Positions 23,899 through 33,548 of a stretch of 33,548 bases of DNA are shown piece after piece. The translations under genes and the position numbers were made by a program. Each line of letters starts with the position of its first letter. Position 1 is the first letter of the stretch. The notes beneath the pieces were generated by a model. It saw only the letters and a list, made by a program, of their open reading frames with translations. It had not been told where the DNA came from and searched no databases. The stretch lies in the NCBI GenBank assembly GCA_041622295.1, contig JBFJZC010000001.1, forward strand, positions 1 through 33,548, read 5' to 3'. This stretch comes from Porticoccaceae bacterium (lineage in GTDB: Bacteria > Pseudomonadota > Gammaproteobacteria > Pseudomonadales > Porticoccaceae).

Positions 23899-25848
23899 TT
23901 AACGTTCAAAATAGGTGTAACCCTGCATGCTTTCCCTGAATGCGGTCAACATGGTCTGGCGCATCGCTACTGATATTTTGCCCTGACGGACAGCTTCCTC
24001 GGCGATGCGGCGAAACTGTTCCAGCATTATTTTCGGGTCGTACTCAACGTAACTTAGAACATCAGCGATGCTGTCGCCATGGAATTCGCGGACAAATTCA
24101 AAACCGCCATCCTCGGTGATACGCACGCTGACCACGTTGGTGTCACCAAATAAATTATGTAAATCCCCCAATGTTTCCTGATACGCGCCCACCAGAAAGA
24201 CACCGACGAGGTAGTCTTCCCCTTCTTTGAGCGAGTGTAGCGGCAAGGTTTTTCGCAGGCCGTCAGGTGAAGAAAAGTTATCAATTTTTCCGTCACAATC
24301 GCAAGTCAGATCAGCAATAATGGCCTCTCGTGTCGGTCGTTCGTCGAGACGGTGTATGGGCATAATGGGAAATATCTGGTCTATCGCCCAAATGTCTGGC
24401 AGTGATTGAAAAAGGCTAAAATTGCCGTAGTAAATATCAGAAAGCAACTCCGGCAAATTCTCCATCTCCGGAGGGATACGCTCAACTTCGCTGAGCAAAC
24501 TAGCAATACGCTCCAGTGCCGCCAGCGTTATGTTTTCGGCCAGCGCGCGGTCGCGCAAAGTTGCCTGGCCGTGGCGAAATAACTCCCTTATTTCGTCTCG
24601 ATAGTACAGCGCGTCGTTATAACACTCCTGAAAGGTCTTCGATGTGATCAGCGTTGGCACCGCAAACAGATTTTCTAACAACTCGTGACAATCGTCTGGG
24701 AGCGTCGTTGGAAGTGGGGTAGGTTGATGGTCGCGGACATCCAGAATGTTGAATATCAGCACGGATGAATAGGCGATAGTGGCGCGGCCGGACTCCGTGA
24801 TGATGACGGGGTGAGCAATATCCAGCGGGTCGAGACTTTCGCGAATTGTTTCGACGATATTAGTGCAGTATTCCTGCAACTTGTAGTTCATGCTGTGCGT
24901 GCTGTTGGTGCGGGCACCCTCGTAATCAACTGCGAGGCCGCCGCCCAGGTCGAGATAGCCCATCGGTGCGCCTTCGCTAATCAGGCCGCTATAAAATCGG
25001 CAAGCTTCGAGTACCCCGCCCCGGATGTTACGGATATTGGGGATTTGCGATCCTAGATGGCAGTGCAGTAGCTGCAGGCAATGTAACATATTGGCCTGTT
25101 TGAGCACGTCGACTACGTCAAGCAGGGCATTGGTAGAAAGACCAAAAATTGAGCGATCCCCGCTGTCTTCGTTCCAGTGCCCGTCAACGATCACAGAGGG
25201 TTTAATACGAACGCCAAGCAAGGGCTCAATGCCGAGCGCGCGGCTACGCTCAAGGATAGTGGGCAATTCTGCTGGCGTTTCAAGGACAAAGAAACAGGGA
25301 ATACCTATTTGCCTGGCGTACAGGCCGAGTTCGACAAATTCGGAGTCTTTAAATCCGTTACAGATAATCAGGCTGTCGTGATCCTGCAACTGTGACAGGG
25401 CGACAATCAATTCCGCCTTGCTGCCTGCCTCAAAACCGTGATGGTAATGGCGACCAAAATCGGCTATTTCTTCAATGACGTGGCATTGTTGATTGACCTT
25501 AATCGGGAAAACGCCGCGGTAGTGATTGTTGTATCCGTCCTGCTCAATAGCACTTGCAAAAGCCTCATTGAGCGTTTTTATGCGGTGGTCCAACAGGTTT
25601 TCAATGCGCAACACCGTGGGCATTTCCAGGCCCCGGGCTTTCATGCCAGCAATAATATCCATCAGTGGCACGGCAACGGTTTTGTCCCCAAAGCTGGCGT
25701 GAACCACCGTCTCACCCTGCTCTGAAATACTAAAGTATCCGCCGCTCCAGTCGTGGATTCCATAGAGCTCGATACTTTGCGCGGACGACCAGTCGTTAGT
25801 TGAGGCTATGTTTTTGGTTGCGATCTGTGTGGTCAAGTGCTCGTCCAT
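23899..25848 (-). CDS. speA: Biosynthetic arginine decarboxylase
   Basis: 649-aa ORF. GAGG lies 8 nt upstream. Collinear with E. coli SpeA: FPIKVNQ, EAGSKAEL, HCHLGSQ, DLGGGLAVDYEG, ITESGRA, NFSLFQSLPD.WAIDQ.FP..P, TCDCDG, VGAYQE.LG..HNLFGDT. Confidence 0.93.
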   Translation of the reverse strand: MDEHLTTQIATKNIASTNDWSSAQSIELYGIHDWSGGYFSISEQGETVVHASFGDKTVAVPLMDIIAGMKARGLEMPTVLRIENLLDHRIKTLNEAFASAIEQDGYNNHYRGVFPIKVNQQCHVIEEIADFGRHYHHGFEAGSKAELIVALSQLQDHDSLIICNGFKDSEFVELGLYARQIGIPCFFVLETPAELPTILERSRALGIEPLLGVRIKPSVIVDGHWNEDSGDRSIFGLSTNALLDVVDVLKQANMLHCLQLLHCHLGSQIPNIRNIRGGVLEACRFYSGLISEGAPMGYLDLGGGLAVDYEGARTNSTHSMNYKLQEYCTNIVETIRESLDPLDIAHPVIITESGRATIAYSSVLIFNILDVRDHQPTPLPTTLPDDCHELLENLFAVPTLITSKTFQECYNDALYYRDEIRELFRHGQATLRDRALAENITLAALERIASLLSEVERIPPEMENLPELLSDIYYGNFSLFQSLPDIWAIDQIFPIMPIHRLDERPTREAIIADLTCDCDGKIDNFSSPDGLRKTLPLHSLKEGEDYLVGVFLVGAYQETLGDLHNLFGDTNVVSVRITEDGGFEFVREFHGDSIADVLSYVEYDPKIMLEQFRRIAEEAVRQGKISVAMRQTMLTAFRESMQGYTYFER

Positions 25849-26258
25849 TCTCTAACCTCGTTACTGGACAGACGATGAATTGTCGCTGTTTTGCGGCGTC
25901 TGCTGCTTGCCTCTCCTGTCGATCAAGGTATGGGGCAGATTGGCGACACTTTGGGCGCTGGTTGCACGACGTGCTGATAAATAGACTGGCTGCGTCTTGC
26001 TGGAAGAGAGTGAGAATATCTGGCGAAGCCGTACACGGCCGTTGCGCGTAAGCGCATGACACCGGGTTGATATCTGTGGGTAAGAAGGCGTTGCCCTCAT
26101 CAAGCACTCCTCACTGCTGAGCTTTAATCTGCTGAGCAATATAAAAGGTTGTTAGCAAATTACGTTGCTTTCACGCCTTCATGCTGTGAGTGGCAGAAAA
26201 CGCTTGGGCTAGGTGTACATATAACTACAGGTAGAGCTTGAAATTCATATTTGTAAAG

Positions 26259-26345
26259 TGGTACCAGAGGCCGGACTCGAACCGGCACGCTTTTAAGGGC
26301 GCGGGATTTTGAATCCCGTGTGTCTACCAATTTCACCACTCTGGC
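26259..26345 (-). tRNA. tRNA-Leu, anticodon CAA (class II, long variable arm), CCA encoded
   Basis: Folded by hand from the reverse complement: GCCAGAG-TG-GTG-AAATTGGTAGA-CAC-A-CGGGA-TTCAAAA-TCCCG-CGCCCTTAAAAGCGT-GCCGG-TTCGAGT-CCGGC-CTCTGGT-A-CCA (87 nt). All stems pair. Position 1-72 is a G-U wobble rather than G-C. Confidence 0.9.
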
Positions 26346-26356
26346 GCAGGCCGAGG

Positions 26357-26384
26357 ATTATAACAGTGGCTGATGAGTGGTCAA
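26357..26384 (-). promoter_or_regulatory. Sigma70 promoter of tRNA-Leu
   Basis: On the minus strand: TTGACC (rc of 26379-26384), a 16-nt spacer, then consensus TATAAT (rc of 26357-26362). A GC-rich discriminator CCTCGGCC follows, and the mature tRNA 5-prime end is 11 nt downstream of the -10 element. Confidence 0.6.
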
Positions 26385-26433
26385 TGTGCTGGCCTAATTT
26401 GTTTGTTGCTATCGCCAGTCTGGATCTATTTAT

Positions 26434-26473
26434 CCAGAGGATAAAGGCAGTACCCAGAGGATAAAGGCGGTAC
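26434..26473. repeat. 20-bp tandem direct repeat CCAGAGGATAAAGGC(A/G)GTAC x2
   Basis: Read directly: copies at 26434-26453 and 26454-26473 with one mismatch. It lies in the divergent region between tRNA-Leu and queA. Confidence 0.9.
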
Positions 26474-26564
26474 GGGACTGGCGCGCACGAGGATTTAATT
26501 TGGTGATCTCGATGTTTTCCGCTAGGCTGGCGCGATTTTCGCGTGAGCCAACACCGTAGCCGTT

Positions 26565-28744
<2,180 letters not shown>

Positions 28745-28873
28745 TTGCGAAAGTACGTTCAACCCGGACAACGAAGCCGTAAGGATTGGGTAGAAAGGAT
28801 TGGTTCATATGCGTTCCGTTGCGCCATCTCCGTCCCTGTCACCTCAAGGGTGGGACGGCGATCTTGTCAGCAA

Positions 28874-28902
28874 TTGGTTGGCCTGGGTAATTACCCTATA
28901 AT
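28874..28902 (+). promoter_or_regulatory. Candidate sigma70 promoter upstream of secD
   Basis: TTGGTT (28874-28879), a 17-nt spacer, then consensus TATAAT (28897-28902), 33 nt upstream of the secD ATG. Motif match only. Confidence 0.35.
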
Positions 28903-28935
28903 GCCTCGCTTTTATCGGGATACAAACGCCAGCCC

Positions 28936-30789
28936 ATGAATCGCTACCCGCTGTGGAAATACCTGTTACTTGCCATCGTTGTGGCACTAAGCTTTATTTA
29001 TGCTGTCCCCAATCTTTACGTGCCTGACCCAGCGATACAAATTTCGGGTCAGAGCAGCGCGATGGTTATGGACGAAGCGGTCGTAGACAAAGCTCTCACT
29101 GCGCTGAAAGAAGATGGCATAGCCTATTTTGGTGAAACGCGTTCCGATCGAAATATTCTTATCAGGCTCGACCAAAGTGCGCATCAATTGGCCGCCAAGC
29201 GAGTAATTCAGCAGGCCCTGGGGCTCGATTACATTGTGGCGCTGAATTTGGCGCCGACGACTCCGGCCAGTTTGGAAGCGCTGGGCGGAAAGCCGATGAA
29301 ACTCGGACTTGATCTCAGCGGCGGCGTACATTTTTTGCTGGAAGTGGATACCGCCTCCGTGGTGAACAAGCATCTGGAAACCCAGTTCGGTGAGTTGAAG
29401 AAGGCTCTGCGGGAGGCAAAAGTTCGCTACAAGTCGGCGACGCAGGCGGAGGATCATCTGAGTTTTACATTTGCCGAGGCGGCGGCGCTTGACGAGGCAG
29501 TCAACGTTGTGCGCGCTGATTTTCGCGATTTATTACCCCTCAGCGAAGGGAGGACCGATCTGCCTCAGTTGACACTGAGCCTGTCCGATACCGCCGTTAG
29601 GGAAAACGAAGAGTATGCGGTTGCCCAGAACCTGACCACCCTGCGGAACCGTGTCAATGAACTGGGTGTCTCGCAACCCATCGTGCAGCGCCAGGGCCGT
29701 AATCGCATTGTCGTAGAGTTACCAGGCGTGCAGGATACGGCTGAAGCTAAACGAATTATCGGCAAGACCGCGAATCTGGAATTTCGTCTTGAAGCGCAGC
29801 CGGGTCGGGTAGTTGGCCGGGAGCAGTTTAAATTTCGGGATTCAGCCGCACAGCCGTCCACAGCCTGGCTGGAACGAAAAGTGGTGATTACCGGTGACCG
29901 GGTGACCAATGCGTCGGTTGGCTATGATGAAAATGGCCTGCCCCAGGTCAACATCTCTCTCGATAGCGGGGGCGGTCGCGCCATGCACTACGCAACTCGG
30001 AAGAACATCAAACGTCGCCTGGGGGTTTTGTTTATTGAATCGAAAGCTCGATTCGAAGAACGAGTCAATGAGCAAGGCGAGAAAGAGTCGGTCGTGGTGC
30101 CTTATGCTGAAAAAAGTATCATCAGTCTTGCCACTATACAGAGCGCGCTGGGCGTGCAATTCCGCATCACCGGGCTTGATAACCCGGAAGAGGCATCCGA
30201 ACTGGCCTTGTTACTTCGCGCCGGCGCGTTGGCGGCACCAATGCATTTTGTTGAGGAGCGCACGATTGGGCCGTCTCTGGGCGCTGAAAATATTGACGTG
30301 GGGTTGACGTCCGTAAAAATCGCCCTGGTTCTGGTATTGTTATTTATGATCGTCGTTTACCGGGTCTTCGGAATATTTGCCAATGCCGCGCTACTGATGA
30401 ACGTGGTGTTGCTGGTCGCGGTGATGTCGCTACTGGGTGCGACACTGACGCTGCCTGGTATAGCCGGAATCGTACTAACGGTGGGTATGGCCGTCGATGC
30501 CAACGTGTTGATCTTCGCCCGTATTCGGGAAGAGCTGGCAAACGGCGAGTCGGTGCAGCGTGCGATTGATGCGGGCTATGATCGAGCCTTTGTATCCATC
30601 CTTGATGCTAACGTGACAACACTGATTGTTGCCGTCATCCTCTATGTCATTGGTTCCGGTCCGGTACAAGGTTTTGCGGTGACCCTGTCCATTGGAATTT
30701 TAACCTCAATGTTCACCGCGATCATGGGTACCAGAGCCCTGGCCAACCTCGTTTACGGTGGCCGCGCCGTCGAAAAACTCTCGATTTAG
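28936..30789 (+). CDS. secD: Protein translocase subunit SecD
   Basis: 617-aa ORF. N-terminus MNRYPLWKYLLLAIVVALSFIYAVPNLY matches E. coli SecD MLNRYPLWKY. Also LGLDL.GGVHFLLEVD, the large periplasmic domain and a C-terminal 5-TM bundle (GIAGIVLTVGMAVDANVLIFARIREE). Confidence 0.95.
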   Translation: MNRYPLWKYLLLAIVVALSFIYAVPNLYVPDPAIQISGQSSAMVMDEAVVDKALTALKEDGIAYFGETRSDRNILIRLDQSAHQLAAKRVIQQALGLDYIVALNLAPTTPASLEALGGKPMKLGLDLSGGVHFLLEVDTASVVNKHLETQFGELKKALREAKVRYKSATQAEDHLSFTFAEAAALDEAVNVVRADFRDLLPLSEGRTDLPQLTLSLSDTAVRENEEYAVAQNLTTLRNRVNELGVSQPIVQRQGRNRIVVELPGVQDTAEAKRIIGKTANLEFRLEAQPGRVVGREQFKFRDSAAQPSTAWLERKVVITGDRVTNASVGYDENGLPQVNISLDSGGGRAMHYATRKNIKRRLGVLFIESKARFEERVNEQGEKESVVVPYAEKSIISLATIQSALGVQFRITGLDNPEEASELALLLRAGALAAPMHFVEERTIGPSLGAENIDVGLTSVKIALVLVLLFMIVVYRVFGIFANAALLMNVVLLVAVMSLLGATLTLPGIAGIVLTVGMAVDANVLIFARIREELANGESVQRAIDAGYDRAFVSILDANVTTLIVAVILYVIGSGPVQGFAVTLSIGILTSMFTAIMGTRALANLVYGGRAVEKLSI

Positions 30790-30798
30790 GAGCCGGTC

Positions 30799-31716
30799 AT
30801 GGCGACACAACGTGTATTTAATTTTATGGGGCATCGTGGGCTAATCGGCCTGGTGTCAGTCGTATTGCTGGTCGGTTCCCTGATGTCGCTGATGACCAGG
30901 GGTCTGGTACTTGGGCTTGATTTTACTGGCGGTACATTGATCGAAGTTGGTTACCAGCAAAGCATTGATCCGGACGTGATTCGTACGCGGCTCGAAGCCA
31001 GTGATTTCCGTAATCCTACCGTTGTGCAGTTCGGTGCGGAAACCGAGCTGCTGATCAAGCTTCAGGGTGAACCGGCCGCCGACCTCGGCGATCGCGTGCT
31101 GGCGATCTTGCAGGCCTCGGGAGAGGCGGTGGAGCTACGGCGTATCGAATTTGTCGGTCCGCAGATCGGCGACGAACTGCGTGACGACGGCGGGCTGGGA
31201 ATGCTGGCAGCGTTGGCCGTGGTGATGTTGTATGTGGCGATCCGCTTTCAGTATAAATTTGCCATAGCCGCAGTAATGGCATTGATCCACGACGTGGTGA
31301 TTACGCTGGGATTTTTTTCACTGCTGAGCATAGAATTTGACCTCACGGTGCTGGCCGCGTTGTTGGCGGTTATTGGCTACTCGCTCAACGACACGATAGT
31401 CGTATTTGATCGTATCCGGGAGAACTTTCGCCTGTTACGGGTCGCAGAGCCAATTGCTGTGGTCAATGAATCATTGAGCCAGACTCTGGGCAGAACCGTC
31501 ATGACGTCCCTGACCACCCTGATAGTTCTTGTTGCGCTGTTTATTTTCGGCGGAGCGTTAATTCATAACTTCGCCATTGCCCTTATATTTGGCGTGATCA
31601 TAGGTACCCATTCGTCTATTTATGTTGCCGCCAATACCCTGCTCAGTTTCAATATTTGCCGTGAAGACTTGTTGCCTACGGTAAAAGAAGGTCCGGAGTA
31701 TGACGGCCTGCCCTGA
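30799..31716 (+). CDS. secF: Protein translocase subunit SecF
   Basis: 305-aa ORF starting 9 nt after secD. Motifs LGLDFTGGT and GYSLNDTIVVFDRIREN, with six TM segments. Confidence 0.95.
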   Translation: MATQRVFNFMGHRGLIGLVSVVLLVGSLMSLMTRGLVLGLDFTGGTLIEVGYQQSIDPDVIRTRLEASDFRNPTVVQFGAETELLIKLQGEPAADLGDRVLAILQASGEAVELRRIEFVGPQIGDELRDDGGLGMLAALAVVMLYVAIRFQYKFAIAAVMALIHDVVITLGFFSLLSIEFDLTVLAALLAVIGYSLNDTIVVFDRIRENFRLLRVAEPIAVVNESLSQTLGRTVMTSLTTLIVLVALFIFGGALIHNFAIALIFGVIIGTHSSIYVAANTLLSFNICREDLLPTVKEGPEYDGLP

Positions 31717-32058
31717 CGGAGCCGAAGTCCGGGGAAAGTGTTGCAATACCCTGCCCAGTATTGACGCTCAGCGGAGTCTGTGCCGAGCTACTGGCCGCTT
31801 AGCGCCTCTGGAACTTCTGTTCTAATCCCACACTAGAACGCCGTAGCTGCAAACGAAACAGCCAGGCTGAAGCTGCTATGCATAAGTTAAACCGGCTACG
31901 CACAGGATGTACGACGCCTGCTGCGAACAACTCTGCGCATAGTTTTTGTCCGGCGAGTATGCCTTAATAGATGAAAAGGCGCGGTGACAGGTGAAACGGC
32001 GCGACCAAAATTGCCGGCGCAATAAAAAATAATTCAAAAATAGTCGGAGGTAACTAGC

Positions 32059-33291
32059 GTGACTGAAAAACACGTACTGGACGGTATTCGAGTGCTGGAT
32101 TTTACTCAGCATCTGGCCGGCCCCACGACCACCCGATTAATGGCTGAAATGGGTGCCGAAATCGTCAAGCTTGAACTCGCCCCCTGGGGTGATCAGGTAC
32201 GCAAGGTGGGTTATCTCAAAGGCGGGCGTTCGGCTTATTTTTTATCTCAAAATCGTGGTAAGCAAAGCCTGTGTGTGGACGTAAAAACTGACCGGGGTCG
32301 CAAGATACTGCTCGATCTGATTCCCCACTTCGACGTGCTGGTGGAAAACTTTGCGCCCGGTGTGATTGGGCGGCTGGGCCTGGACTGGCCGACAGTACAT
32401 CGGCTCAACCCAAAATTGATCATGTGTTCGATCTCTACATTTGGCCAGACCGGACCGCTTGCCGACCGACCGGGTTTTGATTACATAGGTCAGGCTTATG
32501 CCGGTGTGACCGGTTTGATCGGCGAGCAGGACGGCCCGCCCGTACTGCCGATGGTGGCTATGGGCGATGTGATGACCGGTGTACACGGACTCGCCGCTAT
32601 TAACGCGGCTCTGTTTCGTCGTGCGATGGGTGGCCCTGGTCAGCTTCTCGATATTTCCCTGCTGGACAGTTATTTTCATTGTCACGAATCCAGTGTCGGC
32701 ATGATTAGCGCCAGCGAGGGCCGCTTTGAACCGTCACGCGGTGGTTCCCATAGTCCGGGCCTGGCGCCGCTCGGGGCCTTCAAGGGTAACGACGGATATC
32801 TGATCATTATCGCGGTATTGCATCAATGGCCGGCACTCTGCAATGTCATGGGCAATCCGGGTTTATTGAAGGATCCGCGTTTTAAAAAAATTGGTGACCG
32901 GGTCAAAAACCGTTATGAGCTGGTAAAAATCATTGAAGACTGGATCGCCAGTTGCGGCAGCGATGATGAAGTAATTGCCAGACTTGAAGCTGAAAGGGTG
33001 CCGGTTGCTCCAGTCCTGACGCTTAAGCAGGCAATGGAGCACCCGCATCTGATTGAGCGGGGAACGGTGCGCACTGTTACTGAACGGGAGTTTGGTACGT
33101 TCCAGATGCCGGGTATGCCCTTGCGATTTTCCGAGTATGCCAATGATCTGGAGCTGCAGGCGCCGTTTCTCGGTGAGCACAATCGGCAGACACTACAGGC
33201 TCTGCTCGGCTATAGCGACGCCGAGATAGATCAACTCGAAGCGCAGGGCGTACTGGTCGCTGAAGTACTGCCCGATGCCAGCAGCGCGTAA
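32059..33291 (+). CDS. Family III CoA-transferase (CaiB/BaiF family)
   Basis: 410-aa ORF with a GTG start. GGAGG lies 8 nt upstream. N-terminal signature LDGIRVLDFTQHLAGPTTTRLMAEMGAEIVKLE, then ENFAPGV..RLGL and an MGDVMTG region (catalytic Asp context). Confidence 0.85.
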   Translation: MTEKHVLDGIRVLDFTQHLAGPTTTRLMAEMGAEIVKLELAPWGDQVRKVGYLKGGRSAYFLSQNRGKQSLCVDVKTDRGRKILLDLIPHFDVLVENFAPGVIGRLGLDWPTVHRLNPKLIMCSISTFGQTGPLADRPGFDYIGQAYAGVTGLIGEQDGPPVLPMVAMGDVMTGVHGLAAINAALFRRAMGGPGQLLDISLLDSYFHCHESSVGMISASEGRFEPSRGGSHSPGLAPLGAFKGNDGYLIIIAVLHQWPALCNVMGNPGLLKDPRFKKIGDRVKNRYELVKIIEDWIASCGSDDEVIARLEAERVPVAPVLTLKQAMEHPHLIERGTVRTVTEREFGTFQMPGMPLRFSEYANDLELQAPFLGEHNRQTLQALLGYSDAEIDQLEAQGVLVAEVLPDASSA

Positions 33292-33548
33292 CTAGCGTTC
33301 GCTTTCCATGACGGCGACACTTTTCACCTGCAGATAAACAGGTAAACCCGGTCGTAACTTCAGCGTACTGGCCGCGCGCCGGGTAATTCTCGACAGACAG
33401 CGCTGTCCAGCCAGGTCGACTTGCACCAATACCTGTGCGGGTTCATTGGTAGCGTTTAAAGAGACAATCGTGCCCTGTAAAAGGTTCTGAATGCTACTTT
33501 GCGAGGGCTTGCTCAAGGCCAGGCTGATATCTCTGGCAAATAGTTGCA
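33292..33548 (-). CDS. modC: Molybdate ABC transporter ATP-binding protein, C-terminal TOBE/Mop domain only; the rest lies beyond the right edge
   Basis: The track lists 33292..33516, but the frame stays open to base 33548. My translation of the extra codons gives ...QLFARDISLA before LSKPSQSSIQNLLQGTIV.... This parallels E. coli ModC ...RVRAQDVSLSLQPPQQTSIRNVL... and the C-terminal ...LKLRPGLPVYLQVKSVAV parallels ...LAIKPGLWLYAQIKSVSI. A standalone Mop or ModE-type TOBE protein is not fully excluded. Confidence 0.7.
   Translation of the reverse strand, partial: QLFARDISLALSKPSQSSIQNLLQGTIVSLNATNEPAQVLVQVDLAGQRCLSRITRRAASTLKLRPGLPVYLQVKSVAVMESER

Noticed and set aside
17242-25848. Possible horizontally acquired island next to the 3-prime end of tRNA-Leu, suggested by an apparently lower GC content.
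   Set aside because: My spot counts of single 60-nt lines were 40% and 38% GC in the ligase gene, 45% in the mgtC-like gene, 52% in the acidic-tail gene, 47% in the dehydrogenase gene and 58-60% in the efflux genes. However, one secD line was also 42%, so the sampling is inconclusive. I saw no integrase and no direct repeat of the tRNA 3-prime end. A sliding-window GC and codon-usage calculation would be needed.
25796-26107. 103-aa minus-strand ORF overlapping the speA start, considered as an alternative longer speA frame or an overlapping gene.
   Set aside because: It is out of frame with speA and has no family resemblance. The speA N-terminus from ATG 25848 already aligns with the conserved region of arginine decarboxylases.
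803-26473. The tandem repeats at 803-840, 3697-3726, 20287-20335 and 26434-26473, considered as CRISPR arrays or mobile-element ends.
   Set aside because: Each has only 2-3 directly abutting copies with no spacers, and the units are 14-20 bp. No cas, transposase or integrase genes are present, and I saw no inverted terminal repeats.
28745-28939. 64-aa ORF between tgt and secD, considered as a possible divergent yajC.
   Set aside because: It has no transmembrane helix, lacks YajC motifs, is Arg/Cys-rich and overlaps the secD start. The interval is also too short for a ~110-aa YajC.
31876-32112. 78-aa minus-strand ORF in the 342-nt region upstream of the CoA-transferase gene.
   Set aside because: It overlaps the CoA-transferase start, has no SD, and has a low-complexity Phe/Ser/Leu/Arg composition. 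I saw no riboswitch-like conserved structure there either, only short 6-bp inverted repeats.

Overview
The window looks like a chromosomal segment of a Gram-negative bacterium. Gene content and synteny (queA-tgt-secD-secF, ptsP, yqhA, tRNA-Leu) suggest a gammaproteobacterium. I can support 27 protein genes, two of them cut by the window edges and absent from the ORF track, plus one tRNA. No transposase, integrase, CRISPR array or rRNA is visible.

Left to right:
- a truncated Amidohydrolase-2 gene, divergent from a membrane CBS-domain protein
- an RND efflux operon in the unusual order outer-membrane factor, adaptor, pump
- a double zinc-ribbon protein convergent with yqhA
- a catabolic-looking set: thiolase-like protein, DUF35 OB-fold protein and amidohydrolase, divergent from an LLM oxidoreductase, plus a 2OG-Fe(II) oxygenase
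- ptsP (EI-Ntr), followed by a tightly coupled four-gene module
- a convergent four-gene alternative spermidine pathway cluster: speA, carboxy(nor)spermidine dehydrogenase, carboxy(nor)spermidine decarboxylase, speB
- tRNA-Leu(CAA)
- queA-tgt-secD-secF, without yajC
- a family III CoA-transferase
- the 3-prime end of modC

The best candidate for an undescribed system is the four-gene module at 17242-20290. It encodes an MgtC-like membrane protein, a RimK-like ATP-grasp ligase with an RLAN-type N-terminal domain, a RimI-like GNAT, and an orphan protein with a basic core and a poly-Asp/Glu/Val tail encoded by 9-bp tandem repeats. It may be a dedicated peptide-ligation or protein-tailing system, but the chemistry and substrate cannot be read from the sequence.

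Secondary points of interest:
- a thiolase-fold protein whose nucleophile Cys position is occupied by a Gly7 run, paired with DUF35
- a G-tract-rich repeat spacer inside the efflux operon
- a long speA leader containing an SD-preceded upstream ORF
- several perfect short tandem repeats in control regions
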